In this document: positions 34,218 to 44,466 of the stretch, one piece after another
How positions within the stretch are numbered: position 1 is the stretch's first letter
How the letters are laid out: every line of letters begins with the position of its first letter
Source: an uncultured Thermoleophilaceae bacterium
GTDB lineage: Bacteria > Actinomycetota > Thermoleophilia > Solirubrobacterales > Thermoleophilaceae
DNA: 64,000 nt
Assembly (NCBI GenBank): GCA_963774095.1
Contig: CAVZDS010000005.1
Coordinates: 31,949-95,948, forward strand
Direction of reading: 5' to 3'
Notes under the pieces: model-generated
The model's database searches: none
What the model was told of the DNA's origin: nothing
The model's input: only the letters and a program-made list of their open reading frames with translations
Made by a program: the position numbers and the translations under genes

Positions 34218-34858
34218 CCGGCGTGGCCGCGACCGAGCGCGGCGCGCGCGAGCGCATACTCGCGGCGGCGGTGGAGCGGATCGCGCGCGACGGCATCGAC
34301 GAGGTCCGGATCGCGCGCATCGCGATGGACGCGGGGGTGTCCAGCTCGCTGGTCCACTACCACTTCGAGACCCGCGAGGCCCTGCTCGAGCAGGCGCTCG
34401 ACTACTCCTACGAGCTGGCCGGCGACGTTCGCCTCGGCCCCGAGGGCGACGCCGTCGAGCTCGGCAGCGTCCGGCGCCTGGCCGCGATGATCGATCAGTG
34501 CCTGCCCTATCCGGGGATGCTCGAGCGCGACTGGATCCTGTGGGTGGAGCTGTGGCTGCGAGCCGTGCGCCATCCGGAGCTGCGCCCGACCGCCGCGCGC
34601 CTCTACGCCCGCATGCGCGACTGGTTCTCCGAGGCGATCGCCACCGGGATCGAGCGCGGCGAGTTTCCGAGCGACGCGGACCCGGACAGGATCGCGGACC
34701 GGGTGCTCGCGCTCGCCGACGGCTACGGCGTGCGCGTGCTCTTCGGAGACATGGAGGTCGCCGACGCGCGGCGCGAGATCTGGGACGGAGTGCGTGGGGA
34801 GCTCAGGCTCCCCGACGTGGCGCCTCCGCCCCTTGACCCGGCCAACCCACGCGGTTAG
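34214..34858 (+). CDS. TetR family transcriptional regulator
   Basis: The GTG start overlaps the Rieske stop (GTGA at 34214-34217). HTH ILAAAVERIARDGIDEVRIARIAMDAGVSSSLVHYHFETREALL. Confidence 0.85.
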   Translation: MTGVAATERGARERILAAAVERIARDGIDEVRIARIAMDAGVSSSLVHYHFETREALLEQALDYSYELAGDVRLGPEGDAVELGSVRRLAAMIDQCLPYPGMLERDWILWVELWLRAVRHPELRPTAARLYARMRDWFSEAIATGIERGEFPSDADPDRIADRVLALADGYGVRVLFGDMEVADARREIWDGVRGELRLPDVAPPPLDPANPRG

Positions 34859-34889
34859 GTTTTTCCTGAATCTCGGTTCAACTTACGCG

Positions 34890-35501
34890 ATGAGCCCTCG
34901 CCCACGGCTTGACCACGTACGCCGGCCCGAGCTGCTCGCCGCTGCCGCTGCGGTGATCAGGCAGCGGGGGCTCGAGAACGCCCGCGTTGCCGACATCGCG
35001 GACGAGGCAGGGACCAGCGCGGCCTCGGTTCTCTACTACTTCGCGTCGAAGGCTGAGCTGCTCAAGGAGGCGCTCACCTCAGCGGAGGAGCGCTTCTACG
35101 AGGACCTCGCGCTCCAGCTCGAGGGAATCGATAGCGCACGCGAGCGCATGCTCGAGATCGTCCACTCGGGCGCGGGGGATGGCGATTACGACGCCGCTCT
35201 GTGGATGGAGCTGTGGGCGCGCGCGCTGCGAGATCCGGAGCTGGCGGCCACGCGGGCGGAGCTCGACGGTCGCTGGCGGCGGACGATCGCGGAGGTCGTC
35301 CGCTACGGGCAGGAGCGGGGAGAGTTCGGACCGGCGGACCCGGAGGAGTTTGCGGTGCTGTTGGGATCGCTCCTCGACGGTCTTGCAGTACAGATCGCGC
35401 TGCGCGACCTGGAGGTCACACCCGACCGAGTGCGGGAGCTCGCACTGAAACTGGCCGAGCGCGAGCTCGGCTGCGAGTCGCTAGAGGGGGCAAGTGCATG
35501 A
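34890..35501 (+). CDS. TetR family transcriptional regulator (second copy)
   Basis: ATG 34890. HTH LLAAAAAVIRQRGLENARVADIADEAGTSAASVLYYFASKAELL. Its stop overlaps the potD-like start. Confidence 0.85.
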   Translation: MSPRPRLDHVRRPELLAAAAAVIRQRGLENARVADIADEAGTSAASVLYYFASKAELLKEALTSAEERFYEDLALQLEGIDSARERMLEIVHSGAGDGDYDAALWMELWARALRDPELAATRAELDGRWRRTIAEVVRYGQERGEFGPADPEEFAVLLGSLLDGLAVQIALRDLEVTPDRVRELALKLAERELGCESLEGASA

Positions 35502-36598
35502 TCGACACACGAATTGACCGCCGCGGCCTATTGCTTGGCGGAGCGGGCCTGGTGCTCGCCGGCTGCGGCGTGGGGGATTCGGGCAGCAGCTCGAAGAAGG
35601 AAACCGAGAAGGTCGTGAAGGCGAAGGTCGACGGCGACCTCGTCTACTTCAACTGGTCGGAGTACCTCGACCCCGAGTTGATCAAGGCATTCGAGAAGAA
35701 GTACGACGTCAAGGTGCGCCAGTCGAACTTCGACGCGATGGCGTCGATGCTGGCGAAGCTCCGCTCGGGCAACCGCTACGACATCATCTTCCCGGACCAG
35801 TCGGTCACTCCGCGGCTCGTGGCCTCCAACCAGCTGCTCAAGATCGACCACGACCAGCTGAAGAACTACGACCAGGTCTTCGAGTTCTTCCACGACCCGG
35901 TCTACGACCCCGGCTCGGCCCACACGGTGCCCTACGGGATGTACGCCACCGGGATCATCTGGCGCGAGGACAAGATCAGCGGCATGACAGGGTCCTGGGA
36001 CGACCTCTTCCGAGAGGACGCCAAGGGCAAGATCTACGTGCTCGACGACTTCCAGGAGGCCATCGGGATGGCCAACTACAAGAACGGCTTCGAGCTGAAC
36101 GAGTACGGCGACGACGAGCTCGACACCACCAAGCAGACGCTGATCGACCAGAAGCCGCTGCTGCGCGGCTACTCGACCGACGACGTCCAGAACATGCTGA
36201 ACGGGAACGCCTGGATCCACCACGGCTGGAACGGCGATGTCGTGAACGTCCGCAACCAGGCGGACGACCCCAGCATCTACAAGTTCGAGAAGTGCAAGGA
36301 GGGCATCCCGGTCGGCGCCGACCAGATGGCCATCCCCGCGAACGCCGAGCATCCCGGCACGGCGATGCTCTTCATCGACTTCATGCTGGATCCCGAGAAC
36401 GCGGCGCAGAACGTCGCGTACTTCGGCTATCCGATGCCGAACAACGGCGCCGTCGATGCGTTCAAGAAGCTGGCCCAGGACGACCCGGAGATCACGGTCA
36501 CCACGGAGGACCTGGAGCGCGGCGACGCGTTCGCCCCGCTCGCCGGCGAGCGCCGGCGGGCCTGGGATCGCGTCTGGACCGAGGTGAAGGCAGCCTGA
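35498..36598 (+). CDS. potD: Spermidine/putrescine-type ABC transporter substrate-binding lipoprotein
   Basis: ATGA overlap with the TetR gene (35498-35501). Signal with RR and lipobox MIDTRIDRRGLLLGGAGLVLAGC. PotD/PotF-like LVYFNWSEYLDPELIKAFEKKYDVKV...YDIIFP. Confidence 0.85.
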   Translation: MIDTRIDRRGLLLGGAGLVLAGCGVGDSGSSSKKETEKVVKAKVDGDLVYFNWSEYLDPELIKAFEKKYDVKVRQSNFDAMASMLAKLRSGNRYDIIFPDQSVTPRLVASNQLLKIDHDQLKNYDQVFEFFHDPVYDPGSAHTVPYGMYATGIIWREDKISGMTGSWDDLFREDAKGKIYVLDDFQEAIGMANYKNGFELNEYGDDELDTTKQTLIDQKPLLRGYSTDDVQNMLNGNAWIHHGWNGDVVNVRNQADDPSIYKFEKCKEGIPVGADQMAIPANAEHPGTAMLFIDFMLDPENAAQNVAYFGYPMPNNGAVDAFKKLAQDDPEITVTTEDLERGDAFAPLAGERRRAWDRVWTEVKAA

Positions 36599-37446
36599 GC
36601 GAGCAGCGCTTCGCAGCCGCCCTGCTGACGCCGGGGGCGCTGTGGCTCGTCCTGCTGTTCGCCATCCCGCTGGGCCTCACGCTCGCGCTCTCGTTCGGGA
36701 CGACGGACGACTTCGGCAACGCGCTCTACGGCTGGCACCCGGAGAACTACGACCAGGCGTTCGACCCGCTGTTCTTCCCGGTGCTCGCGCGCTCGGTCGG
36801 CTTCGCACTCGCCACGGTGGGGCTCTGCCTCGTCTTCGGCTACCCGGTGGCGTACTACATCGCGCGCTTCGGCGGTCGCTACAAGCACGTTCTGATCGCG
36901 CTCGTGGTGCTGCCGTTCTTCGTCAACTACCTCGTGCGCACCTACGCATGGGTGGCGCTCCTGGCCGACGAGGGGCTTGTGAACGGAGTGATCACCGACC
37001 TCGGGTTGCGCGACTCGGGGGTGAAGTTCCTGAACACCTCCTGGGCGGTGATCGGCGGGCTGGTGTACGGCTACCTCGCCTTCATGATCCTGCCGATCTA
37101 CGCGGCGCTCGACCGCATGGACCCGGCGCTGATCGAGGCGGGCAAGGACCTCTACGGCACGCGCTGGCAGACGTTCCGGCACGTGACCATGCCGGCCACC
37201 TTCCAGGGCGTGCTGGCGGGCACGGTGCTGGTGTTCCTCCCGGCGGTCGGCGACTTCGTGAGCGCCCAGCTCCTCGGAGGCCCCGGCACCTACATGATCG
37301 GGAACCTAATCCAGCAGCAGTTCCTCGGCGCCGAGAACTGGCCCTTCGGCGCCGCGCTCACGAGCGTGCTGATGGCCTTCCTGGCGATCTGGATGGTCCT
37401 CTACCTGCGCTCGGCGGCCCGCGCGGCACGTGAGGCGGCCACGTGA
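36595..37446 (+). CDS. potB: ABC transporter permease, PotB-like; start codon unresolved
   Basis: Permease sequence ...[27 protein letters not shown]...[20 protein letters not shown]... The frame has no ATG, GTG or TTG between 36292 (300 nt inside potD) and a point well past the first TM segment. CTG 36595 overlaps the potD stop as CTGA and is my best guess for the start. Confidence 0.75.
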   Translation: MSEQRFAAALLTPGALWLVLLFAIPLGLTLALSFGTTDDFGNALYGWHPENYDQAFDPLFFPVLARSVGFALATVGLCLVFGYPVAYYIARFGGRYKHVLIALVVLPFFVNYLVRTYAWVALLADEGLVNGVITDLGLRDSGVKFLNTSWAVIGGLVYGYLAFMILPIYAALDRMDPALIEAGKDLYGTRWQTFRHVTMPATFQGVLAGTVLVFLPAVGDFVSAQLLGGPGTYMIGNLIQQQFLGAENWPFGAALTSVLMAFLAIWMVLYLRSAARAAREAAT

Positions 37447-38279
37447 AGAAGCCGCCGAAGGACTTCGACCGGCCGCGCTTCCTGACCGCGTTCACCGCGC
37501 TCTTCTTCGTCTACCTGTTCGCCCCGATCGCGCTCGTCGCCCTGTTCTCGTTCAACTCGAGCCGCTCGCTCCAGAACTTCAAGGGCTTCAGCCTCGAGTG
37601 GTACCAGCGCTTCTTCGAAAACGAGTCGCTGCGGGAGTCGCTCATCGCCAGCCTTCAGATCGCGTTCGTGACGATGATCGTGGCCACCGTCCTCGGCTCG
37701 ACCCTCGCCTTCGGGCTGGTCCGCGCGCGCACGCGCTGGGCCGGCAGCGCCAACGTGCTGATGCTGATCCCGCTCGTGACCCCGGAGATCGTGGCCGCGG
37801 TCTCGGCGCTGATCCTGTTCACGCAGATCAAGCTGCAGCTCTCGCTGACCACGATCATGATCGCCCACATCACGTTCTCGATCTCGTACGTGACCGTCGT
37901 CGTGCGCGCGCGGCTCGCCGGGCTCAATCCCGAGCTGGAGAACGCCGCGCTGGACCTGGGCGCCACTCGTCTCCAGACGCTGCGGCTGGTCACGCTGCCC
38001 GAGCTCTGGCCCGCGATCCTCGCCGCCGGCCTGCTCGTGTTCGCGCTGAGCTTCGACGACTTCGTGATCTCGTTCTTCACCACCGGCGAGTCGCCCCAGC
38101 CACTGCCAGTCCGGATCTATTCGGCGATCCGTTTCGGTGTCACGCCCACGATCAACGCGATCGGCACGCTCATGCTCGCCGTCTCGGCGGTGCTGATCGG
38201 GCTCGCCATCGCGCTGCCGCGCCTGCTCGGCCGGCACGAGAGCGGGCTGAACGTGCTCGTGGGACGGGAGACGGCGTGA
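37443..38279 (+). CDS. potC: ABC transporter permease, PotC-like
   Basis: The GTG start overlaps the previous stop (GTGA). TM-rich, with the EAA-loop-like [19 protein letters not shown]. Confidence 0.85.
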   Translation: MKKPPKDFDRPRFLTAFTALFFVYLFAPIALVALFSFNSSRSLQNFKGFSLEWYQRFFENESLRESLIASLQIAFVTMIVATVLGSTLAFGLVRARTRWAGSANVLMLIPLVTPEIVAAVSALILFTQIKLQLSLTTIMIAHITFSISYVTVVVRARLAGLNPELENAALDLGATRLQTLRLVTLPELWPAILAAGLLVFALSFDDFVISFFTTGESPQPLPVRIYSAIRFGVTPTINAIGTLMLAVSAVLIGLAIALPRLLGRHESGLNVLVGRETA

Positions 38280-39274
38280 GCGCCATCCGCTTCGAGCAGG
38301 TCACGAAGCGCTTCGGCCAGACGGTCGCCGTGAGCGGCCTCGAGCTCGAGATCGAGCCCGGCGAGTTCTTCTCGTTGCTCGGCCCCTCGGGCTGCGGCAA
38401 GACGACGACGCTGCGGATGGTCGCCGGCTTCGAGCAGCCGAGCGAGGGCCGCATATTCCTCGAGGGAGAGCCGGTTGAGACTGTGCCGCCCTACCACCGC
38501 AACGTGAACACCGTCTTCCAGAGCTACGCGCTGTTCGAGCACCTGGACGTGCAGGACAACGTCGCGTTCGGGCTGAAGCGGCGCAAGGTCGAATCCGGCG
38601 AGATCCGCGAGCGCGTCAAGGATGCGCTCGAGCTCGTCCAGCTGACGGGGCGCGAGAAGTCGAAGCCGCGCGAGCTGTCCGGCGGCCAGAAGCAGCGCGT
38701 GGCGCTCGCGCGTGCGCTAGTGAACAAGCCGGCGGTGCTCCTGCTGGACGAGCCACTGGGCGCGCTCGACCTGAAGCTCCGCAAGCAGATGCAGGTGGAG
38801 CTGAAGGGCATCCAGCGCGAGGTCGGGATCACGTTCCTCTACGTGACCCACGACCAGGAGGAGGCGCTCGCTATGTCCGACCGCATCGCCGTGATGGAGC
38901 ACGGCGAGGTGAGGCAGTGCGGGACTCCCGAGGAGGTCTACGAGCGGCCGCTCGGTCCGTTCGTGGCCGGCTTCATCGGCATCTCGAACCTGCTGCCGGG
39001 GCCGGACGGGACGCACATCTCGGTGCGGCCCGAGAAGATCTGGCTGGGCGAGCTCGAGGACGGGATGACCGTCCGCGAGGGGACCGTGGTGGAGCGCGTC
39101 TACGTGGGCACCACCACCCAGGTGATCGTGGAGCTCTCGCCCGGCGTCCGGCTCGTGGCCCTGGAGCAGAACACCGCGCGTCAGCGCTCGGACGACCGCT
39201 GGGAGATAGGCCAGCGCGTCAAGCTCGGCTGGCTGCCGGAGCACGCCCTCGTGCTCCGCTCAGCCGACGCCTGA
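38276..39274 (+). CDS. potA: ABC transporter ATP-binding protein, PotA-like
   Basis: GTGA overlap. Walker [15 protein letters not shown]-loop [20 protein letters not shown], signature [15 protein letters not shown], Walker [12 protein letters not shown]. Confidence 0.9.
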   Translation: MSAIRFEQVTKRFGQTVAVSGLELEIEPGEFFSLLGPSGCGKTTTLRMVAGFEQPSEGRIFLEGEPVETVPPYHRNVNTVFQSYALFEHLDVQDNVAFGLKRRKVESGEIRERVKDALELVQLTGREKSKPRELSGGQKQRVALARALVNKPAVLLLDEPLGALDLKLRKQMQVELKGIQREVGITFLYVTHDQEEALAMSDRIAVMEHGEVRQCGTPEEVYERPLGPFVAGFIGISNLLPGPDGTHISVRPEKIWLGELEDGMTVREGTVVERVYVGTTTQVIVELSPGVRLVALEQNTARQRSDDRWEIGQRVKLGWLPEHALVLRSADA

Positions 39275-40844
39275 GCGAGCGCTGGTCCTTCAGCACGCGC
39301 TGCGCGGCGTTGTGGCCGCACGCGCCCATCACCCCGCCGCCCGGGTGGGTGCCGGCGCCGCACAGGTAGAGGCCGCCGACCGGGGTGGCGTACTGCGCCA
39401 GCAGCGGAGAGGGCCGCATGAACGCCATCTGGTCGAGGCCCTGCTCGCCCTGGAAGATCGAGCCGCCCGCCAGCCCGAAGATGCGCTCGAGGTCCGGCGG
39501 CGCCAGCACCTCGTGGTGGATCAGCGCGCCGGGCACGTTCGGCGCGTGCTCGGCCAGGATGTCGAGGCAGCGCTGCGCGTAGGCCTCGCGCGCGCCGTCC
39601 GGCCAGCCCTCCTCGTCCGGGGGGCCGTACTGGGTGAACATCGTCAGCACGCAGCTGCCGTCATCGGTGAGCGAGGGGTCCACCGAGCTCGGGACCTCGA
39701 CCTCGATGTAGGGGCCGGCGGCCGGCTCGCCGCGGACCGCGTCCTGCCAGGCGCGCTCCAGGTAGTCGAGCGAGGGGCAGATCGCGACGCCCGTGCGCAG
39801 CAGCTGCTCGCCGCCGGCCGCGTAGCGCGGCGGCTCCGAGAGGATGCAGTTGATCTTCACCGAGCCGCCGCGGCTGCGGTAGTTGCGCATGTCGCTCGCC
39901 ACCTCGTCCGGGAAGTGCTCGGCGCCGACCAGGTCGAGCACCGTCGTGCGCGGGTGTGCCCCCGAGATCACCACGGCGGCCCCGAGCTCCTCGCCGCTCT
40001 CGAGCGTGACCCCGCTCACCCGGCCGCCGCTAACGCCGATCGCCCGGACGGGCACCCCGGTCCGGATCACGGCGCCGTGCGACCTCGCGCTGGCGGCGAG
40101 CGCCTCGCTGATCCCGCCCATCCCGCCCCTCACGTGGCCCCACGCGCCGCCGATCCCGTTCAGCTCGCCGAGCTCGTGGTGGAGGACGTTGTAGGCCGTG
40201 CCGGGCGTGCGCGGGCCCGCCCAGACGCCGACCACGCCGGTGGAGCCGATCGCGCCCTTGAGGGCATCGGTCTCGAACCAGGCGTCGAGCAGGTCGCCGA
40301 TCGGCATCGTGATCACGCGGAACAGCTCGTGCACGTCGCGCCGCGGCAGGCCGGCGGCGCGGCCGGCCTCGCGCAGCAGCGAGAGCAGGTCGCCGGGGCG
40401 CTTCGAGCCGAGCGCCGGGGGCGGGCGCAGCAGCAGCGGGCGCAGGAAGCCGGCCAGCCGCTCGAGCATCTCGACGAAGCGCGGGTAGGCCTCGGCGTCC
40501 CGCTTCGAATAGCGGGCGAGTTCCCGCTGGGTGCGCTCGACGTCGTCGTGGAAGAGGATCGGCTCCCCGTCCGGCCCGAAGGTGGCGTAGCTCGGGTCGA
40601 GCGGCACGGCCTCGTAGCCGAACTCGTGGAGCCTCAGCTCCGAGACGACCTTCGGCTGGAGCATCGACACGACGTACGAGGCGCGCGACACCCGCTGGCC
40701 CGGCCAGACCTCCTCGGTCACGCAGGCCCCGCCGAGGATGTCGCGACGCTCGAGCACGCACACGCTCAGCCCCGCTCGCGCCAGGTAGGCCGCGCAGGTC
40801 AGGCCGTTGTGCCCGCCGCCGACCACGATGGCGTCGTACCTCAC
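39219..40844 (-). CDS. NAD(P)/FAD-dependent oxidoreductase, phytoene-desaturase (CrtI)-like family
   Basis: The GTG start overlaps the aminotransferase stop (GTGA at 40841-40844). [39 protein letters not shown], and C-terminal [16 protein letters not shown]. The 3' end overlaps the convergent potA by 56 nt. Confidence 0.82.
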   Translation of the reverse strand: MRYDAIVVGGGHNGLTCAAYLARAGLSVCVLERRDILGGACVTEEVWPGQRVSRASYVVSMLQPKVVSELRLHEFGYEAVPLDPSYATFGPDGEPILFHDDVERTQRELARYSKRDAEAYPRFVEMLERLAGFLRPLLLRPPPALGSKRPGDLLSLLREAGRAAGLPRRDVHELFRVITMPIGDLLDAWFETDALKGAIGSTGVVGVWAGPRTPGTAYNVLHHELGELNGIGGAWGHVRGGMGGISEALAASARSHGAVIRTGVPVRAIGVSGGRVSGVTLESGEELGAAVVISGAHPRTTVLDLVGAEHFPDEVASDMRNYRSRGGSVKINCILSEPPRYAAGGEQLLRTGVAICPSLDYLERAWQDAVRGEPAAGPYIEVEVPSSVDPSLTDDGSCVLTMFTQYGPPDEEGWPDGAREAYAQRCLDILAEHAPNVPGALIHHEVLAPPDLERIFGLAGGSIFQGEQGLDQMAFMRPSPLLAQYATPVGGLYLCGAGTHPGGGVMGACGHNAAQRVLKDQRSLRRRLSGARGRAPAASRA

Positions 40845-42196
40845 GCCGCCACCTTCATCCGCTCGCCCGCCTCGCCGAGCACCTTCGCCAGGCGCTGCGC
40901 GATCGCATCGAACTCGGGCTGGCCGGCCACCAGCGGCGGCGAGATCTGCAGCACGGGGTCGCCGCGGTCGTCCGCACGGCAGATCAGGCCCTCCTCGAAC
41001 AGCCGCGGCGAGACGAAGCCGCGCAGCAGCTCGTCGCACTCGGCCTCGCTGAAGCTCGCGCGCGTCTCCCTGTCCTTCACGAGCTCCAGGGCGTAGAAGA
41101 AGCCGGCCCCGCGGAGATCGCCCACGATGGGGAGCTCGAGCAGGGGCTCGAGCGTCGCGCGGAAGGCTGCCTCGTTGTCGCGCACGTGCTCGACGATGCG
41201 CTCGCGGCGCATGATCTCGATGTTCTTGAGCGCCACGGCCGCCTGGACTGGGTGACCGCCGAAGGTCATCCCGTGCGAGTACATCGCGCCGTCGGCGAGG
41301 AACGGCTCCATCACGCGCTCGCTCGCCACCAGCGCGCCGATCGCCGCGTACGCGGACGACAGGCCCTTCGCGCTGGTGATCAGGTCGGGCGTCACGCCGA
41401 AGCGCTCAGCCGCGAACCAGTGGCCGAGGCGGCCGAAGCCGGTGATCACCTCGTCGAAGCAGAGCAGGATGCCGTGCCTGTCGCAGAGCTCGCGCACGCC
41501 GTCGAGGTAGCCGGCAGGGGGCATGAACGAGCCGCCGGTGTTCTGCACCGGCTCGATGATCACCATCGCCACCGTGCTCGGGCCGGCCTGCTTGATCGTC
41601 TCCTCCAGCTCGTCGAGCAGGAAGCGCGTGAACTCCTGCTCCGTCTCCTCGGGAGGGCGGTGGTAGCGGTTCGTGTTCGACACGTGCAGCACGTCCGGCA
41701 CGAGCGGCTCGAACGGCGTGCGCAGCTCGGTGCAGCCGTTGATCGAGAGGGCGCCCATGGTGGTGCCGTGGTAGGCGAGCCTGCGCGCGATCGCCTTCCA
41801 GCGGCGCTCGCCGCGGGCGCTGTGGTACTGGCGAGCGAGCTTCCACGCCGCCTCCACGGCCTCGGAGCCGCCCGACACGAAGAAGACGCGGTCGAGGTCG
41901 CCCGGGGCGAGGCCGGCCACCTCCTCCGCCAGCTCGATGGAGCGCGGGTGGGCGAAGGTCCAGTTGATCGCGAAGGGCAGCTCGCGCATCTGCGCCGCCG
42001 CGGCCTCGCCCATCTCGGCGCCGAAGCCGTAGCCGATGTTCACGCAGAAGAGGCCGGCGAGGGCATCGAGGTAGCGCCGGCCGTGGCTGTCCTCGAGGTA
42101 GCAGCCGTCGCCGCGCACGATCACCTGAAGCTCGTCCTCGCCGCGGTAGCGGCCCATCTCGGTGAAGTGCAGCCAGAGATGGTCGAGAGCGCTCAT
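40841..42196 (-). CDS. Class III pyridoxal-phosphate aminotransferase (omega-transaminase, SpuC/putrescine-pyruvate type)
   Basis: LDALAGLFCVNIGYGFG, VFFVSGGSEAVEAAWKLAR, YHGTTMGALS, FDEVITGFGRLG, and SAKGLSSAY (the PLP-binding Lys region). Confidence 0.88.
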   Translation of the reverse strand: MSALDHLWLHFTEMGRYRGEDELQVIVRGDGCYLEDSHGRRYLDALAGLFCVNIGYGFGAEMGEAAAAQMRELPFAINWTFAHPRSIELAEEVAGLAPGDLDRVFFVSGGSEAVEAAWKLARQYHSARGERRWKAIARRLAYHGTTMGALSINGCTELRTPFEPLVPDVLHVSNTNRYHRPPEETEQEFTRFLLDELEETIKQAGPSTVAMVIIEPVQNTGGSFMPPAGYLDGVRELCDRHGILLCFDEVITGFGRLGHWFAAERFGVTPDLITSAKGLSSAYAAIGALVASERVMEPFLADGAMYSHGMTFGGHPVQAAVALKNIEIMRRERIVEHVRDNEAAFRATLEPLLELPIVGDLRGAGFFYALELVKDRETRASFSEAECDELLRGFVSPRLFEEGLICRADDRGDPVLQISPPLVAGQPEFDAIAQRLAKVLGEAGERMKVAA

Positions 42197-42231
42197 CGCG
42201 CGACAATATCCGAGCGATTTAGGCTGCGGCC

Positions 42232-43401
42232 ATGCTCACCCGCCTGCTGATCGCCACCGTGTCACTGCTCGCCCTCGCGCCGTCCGCTGTCGCCGCGGTC
42301 CCCGCCATCCACGCCCACCGCGGCGGGACGGTGGTGAACGGCACGCCGCAGTTCGCGGAGGAGAGCATCGCGGCGTACCGGCAGGCGGCGCGTCACGGCT
42401 TCGTGCTCGAGGTGGACGCGAAGCTCACCGAGGACCGTGTTCCGGTCGCTCTCCACGACGCGACGCTGGATCGCACCACCAACTGCAGCGGCGAGCTGCG
42501 CACGTTCACGCTCGCCGAGATGCGCACCTGTCGCACCGACGTGCTGGGCAGCCCGGGCAGCCCGCTGCGCACGAAGTCGGCAGGCCACACCGTCGCGATC
42601 CCCACGATCGCCGACGTGCTCCGCTTCGCTCGCATGGCGGGCGCCAAGGTCAACCTCGAGATCAAGAACGTCCCGACCGACCCGGACTTCGACCCCTCGC
42701 CCGCCTACGCCGACCGAGTCATGGACGTGGTGCTCGCCAGCCACATCAAGCGCTCGCAGCTCCTGATCCAGAGCTTCATCGCCTCCAGCCTTGACGAGGC
42801 GCGTGCGCGCATGCCGGGCGTTGCCACGAGCCTGCTGTCGGTCCAGTCGATCAACGAGCCCTATCTCCAGACCGCCGCCGACAACGGCTACGACTTCATC
42901 TCTCCCGAGTGGCCCGTGTCGGACGACTACGTGAGCCGGGCGCACGGCCTCGGGCTGGACGTGGCGCCCTTCACCCTCGACCGCGCCGCCGACGTTCACG
43001 CCGCCAGCCGCGAGGGCGTCGAGGCCGTGATCACCGACGATCCGCTGATGGCCGGCCGCGCGCTCGGCCTGCGCCCGCTTCAGTTCTTCGACGCCGGAGC
43101 GTTCTTCGAAGGCCGCCGCCTGGTCGCCCTGGGCCACATGCGCCTGCCGGACGGCGTGCCCGCCGACAAGGGCTGCCGCGGACGGGTGACCATGAGGGTG
43201 ATGACCCGGGCTGCGCGGCTCCTGAAGACGGTCCGCGGGCGGGTGCTCGCGGGCTGCGAGTTCCGCTTCAGCACCGCGCGCACGCCGAAGCGCGTGGGGG
43301 TGCCGCTCGTGACGATCTTCTTCGAGGGCAACAGCGTGCTGCTGCCGAGGCTCGACGGCCCGGCGCGCCCCGCGCTCAGGCCACCGGATCTCACGCCCTG
43401 A
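42232..43401 (+). CDS. Exported glycerophosphodiester phosphodiesterase with a ~100-aa C-terminal extension
   Basis: Signal peptide MLTRLLIATVSLLALAPSAVAA. GDPD motifs HAHRGG, LEVDAKLTEDRVPVALHDATLDRTT and NLEIK. Confidence 0.85.
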   Translation: MLTRLLIATVSLLALAPSAVAAVPAIHAHRGGTVVNGTPQFAEESIAAYRQAARHGFVLEVDAKLTEDRVPVALHDATLDRTTNCSGELRTFTLAEMRTCRTDVLGSPGSPLRTKSAGHTVAIPTIADVLRFARMAGAKVNLEIKNVPTDPDFDPSPAYADRVMDVVLASHIKRSQLLIQSFIASSLDEARARMPGVATSLLSVQSINEPYLQTAADNGYDFISPEWPVSDDYVSRAHGLGLDVAPFTLDRAADVHAASREGVEAVITDDPLMAGRALGLRPLQFFDAGAFFEGRRLVALGHMRLPDGVPADKGCRGRVTMRVMTRAARLLKTVRGRVLAGCEFRFSTARTPKRVGVPLVTIFFEGNSVLLPRLDGPARPALRPPDLTP

Positions 43402-44434
43402 GCCGGCCCTGAGCGGCCAGTAGCTCCAGCACCGGCTCGTGCGGCAACCGCTCGAACACGCGGCCGTCGCGGCCGCTCGTGGTCTCGGCCGCCCAGAGTG
43501 CGTTGAGCACCGCCTCCTCGGTGGCGTCGACGGTCGCGTGGAAGAGCGGGTGGAGATCGCCGTCGGGGAGCGCGGGCCGGGCCGGGCCGCCGCGCGCGAC
43601 GCGGGCAGTGGTCGAGAACGCGGTGAAGATCTCGCCGCTTTCGTGGTGCGCCACGGAGCCGGTGCGGGCCAGGCCGAGCCCGGCGCGGCGCGCGAGGCGC
43701 GTCAGCTGAGCCGAGCCGAGCGGAGCGTCCGTGGCCACCACCGCGATGCAGCTGCCGGCGGGATCGCCTGGGAGCTCCGGCGCGGGCAGGTGCCGGCCCA
43801 CCGGCACGCCGTCGATCCGCAGATCGGAGCTGCCGCCGTAGTTCGCGAGTACCAGCACGCCGACGGTGTGGGCGCCCGCGGTCACGCGACTCGAGCTTCC
43901 GATGCCGCCCTTCCACCCGAACGAGACCATGCCGGCCCCTGCGCCCACCGCTCCCTGGACCACGGACTCCGAGGCGGCGGCGTCGGCGAGCGCCCGTTGC
44001 ACGTCCTCCGCTTCGACCTGCGTAACACGTGGGTCGTTCAGCCAGCTGTCGTCGCACTCGCCGACCACCGGAATCACGACGGCGTCGACGCCGATCCGCG
44101 GCTCCGCGGCCATCGCGGCCGCGGCGGCGCCGTCGTAGACACGGCCCACCGACATCGTGGCGGTGAGGTAGACGGGCGTCTCGATCAGGCCCCATTCGGC
44201 GATCTGGAGGGAGCCGGTGAGCTCGCCCGCTCCATTCAGCACCGCCACGCCCGCGGGCACCGGCTCCGCCCACAGCCCCTCGATCGGCCCGGGCAGCACC
44301 GCCGTCACGCCGGTGCACCCGACCGTGGCGTGACCCACGGCCACGCCCGCCACGTCCGCGATCGACCCCGCCGGCCCCGGCTCGAGCTGGCCCACGCGCA
44401 GGCCGTGCTCACGGAGGGTCTTCCCGGCGTGCAT
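43391..44434 (-). CDS. P1/S58 family peptidase (DmpA/BapA-type aminopeptidase)
   Basis: SIADVAGVAVGH...TGVTAVL, GAVGAGAGMVSFGWKGGIGSSSRV (the self-processing region) and SCIAVVATDAPL. Confidence 0.85.
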   Translation of the reverse strand: MHAGKTLREHGLRVGQLEPGPAGSIADVAGVAVGHATVGCTGVTAVLPGPIEGLWAEPVPAGVAVLNGAGELTGSLQIAEWGLIETPVYLTATMSVGRVYDGAAAAAMAAEPRIGVDAVVIPVVGECDDSWLNDPRVTQVEAEDVQRALADAAASESVVQGAVGAGAGMVSFGWKGGIGSSSRVTAGAHTVGVLVLANYGGSSDLRIDGVPVGRHLPAPELPGDPAGSCIAVVATDAPLGSAQLTRLARRAGLGLARTGSVAHHESGEIFTAFSTTARVARGGPARPALPDGDLHPLFHATVDATEEAVLNALWAAETTSGRDGRVFERLPHEPVLELLAAQGRLRA

Positions 44435-44466
44435 GGCGTGACTCTACGAAGTGGGAGACTCGGCGC

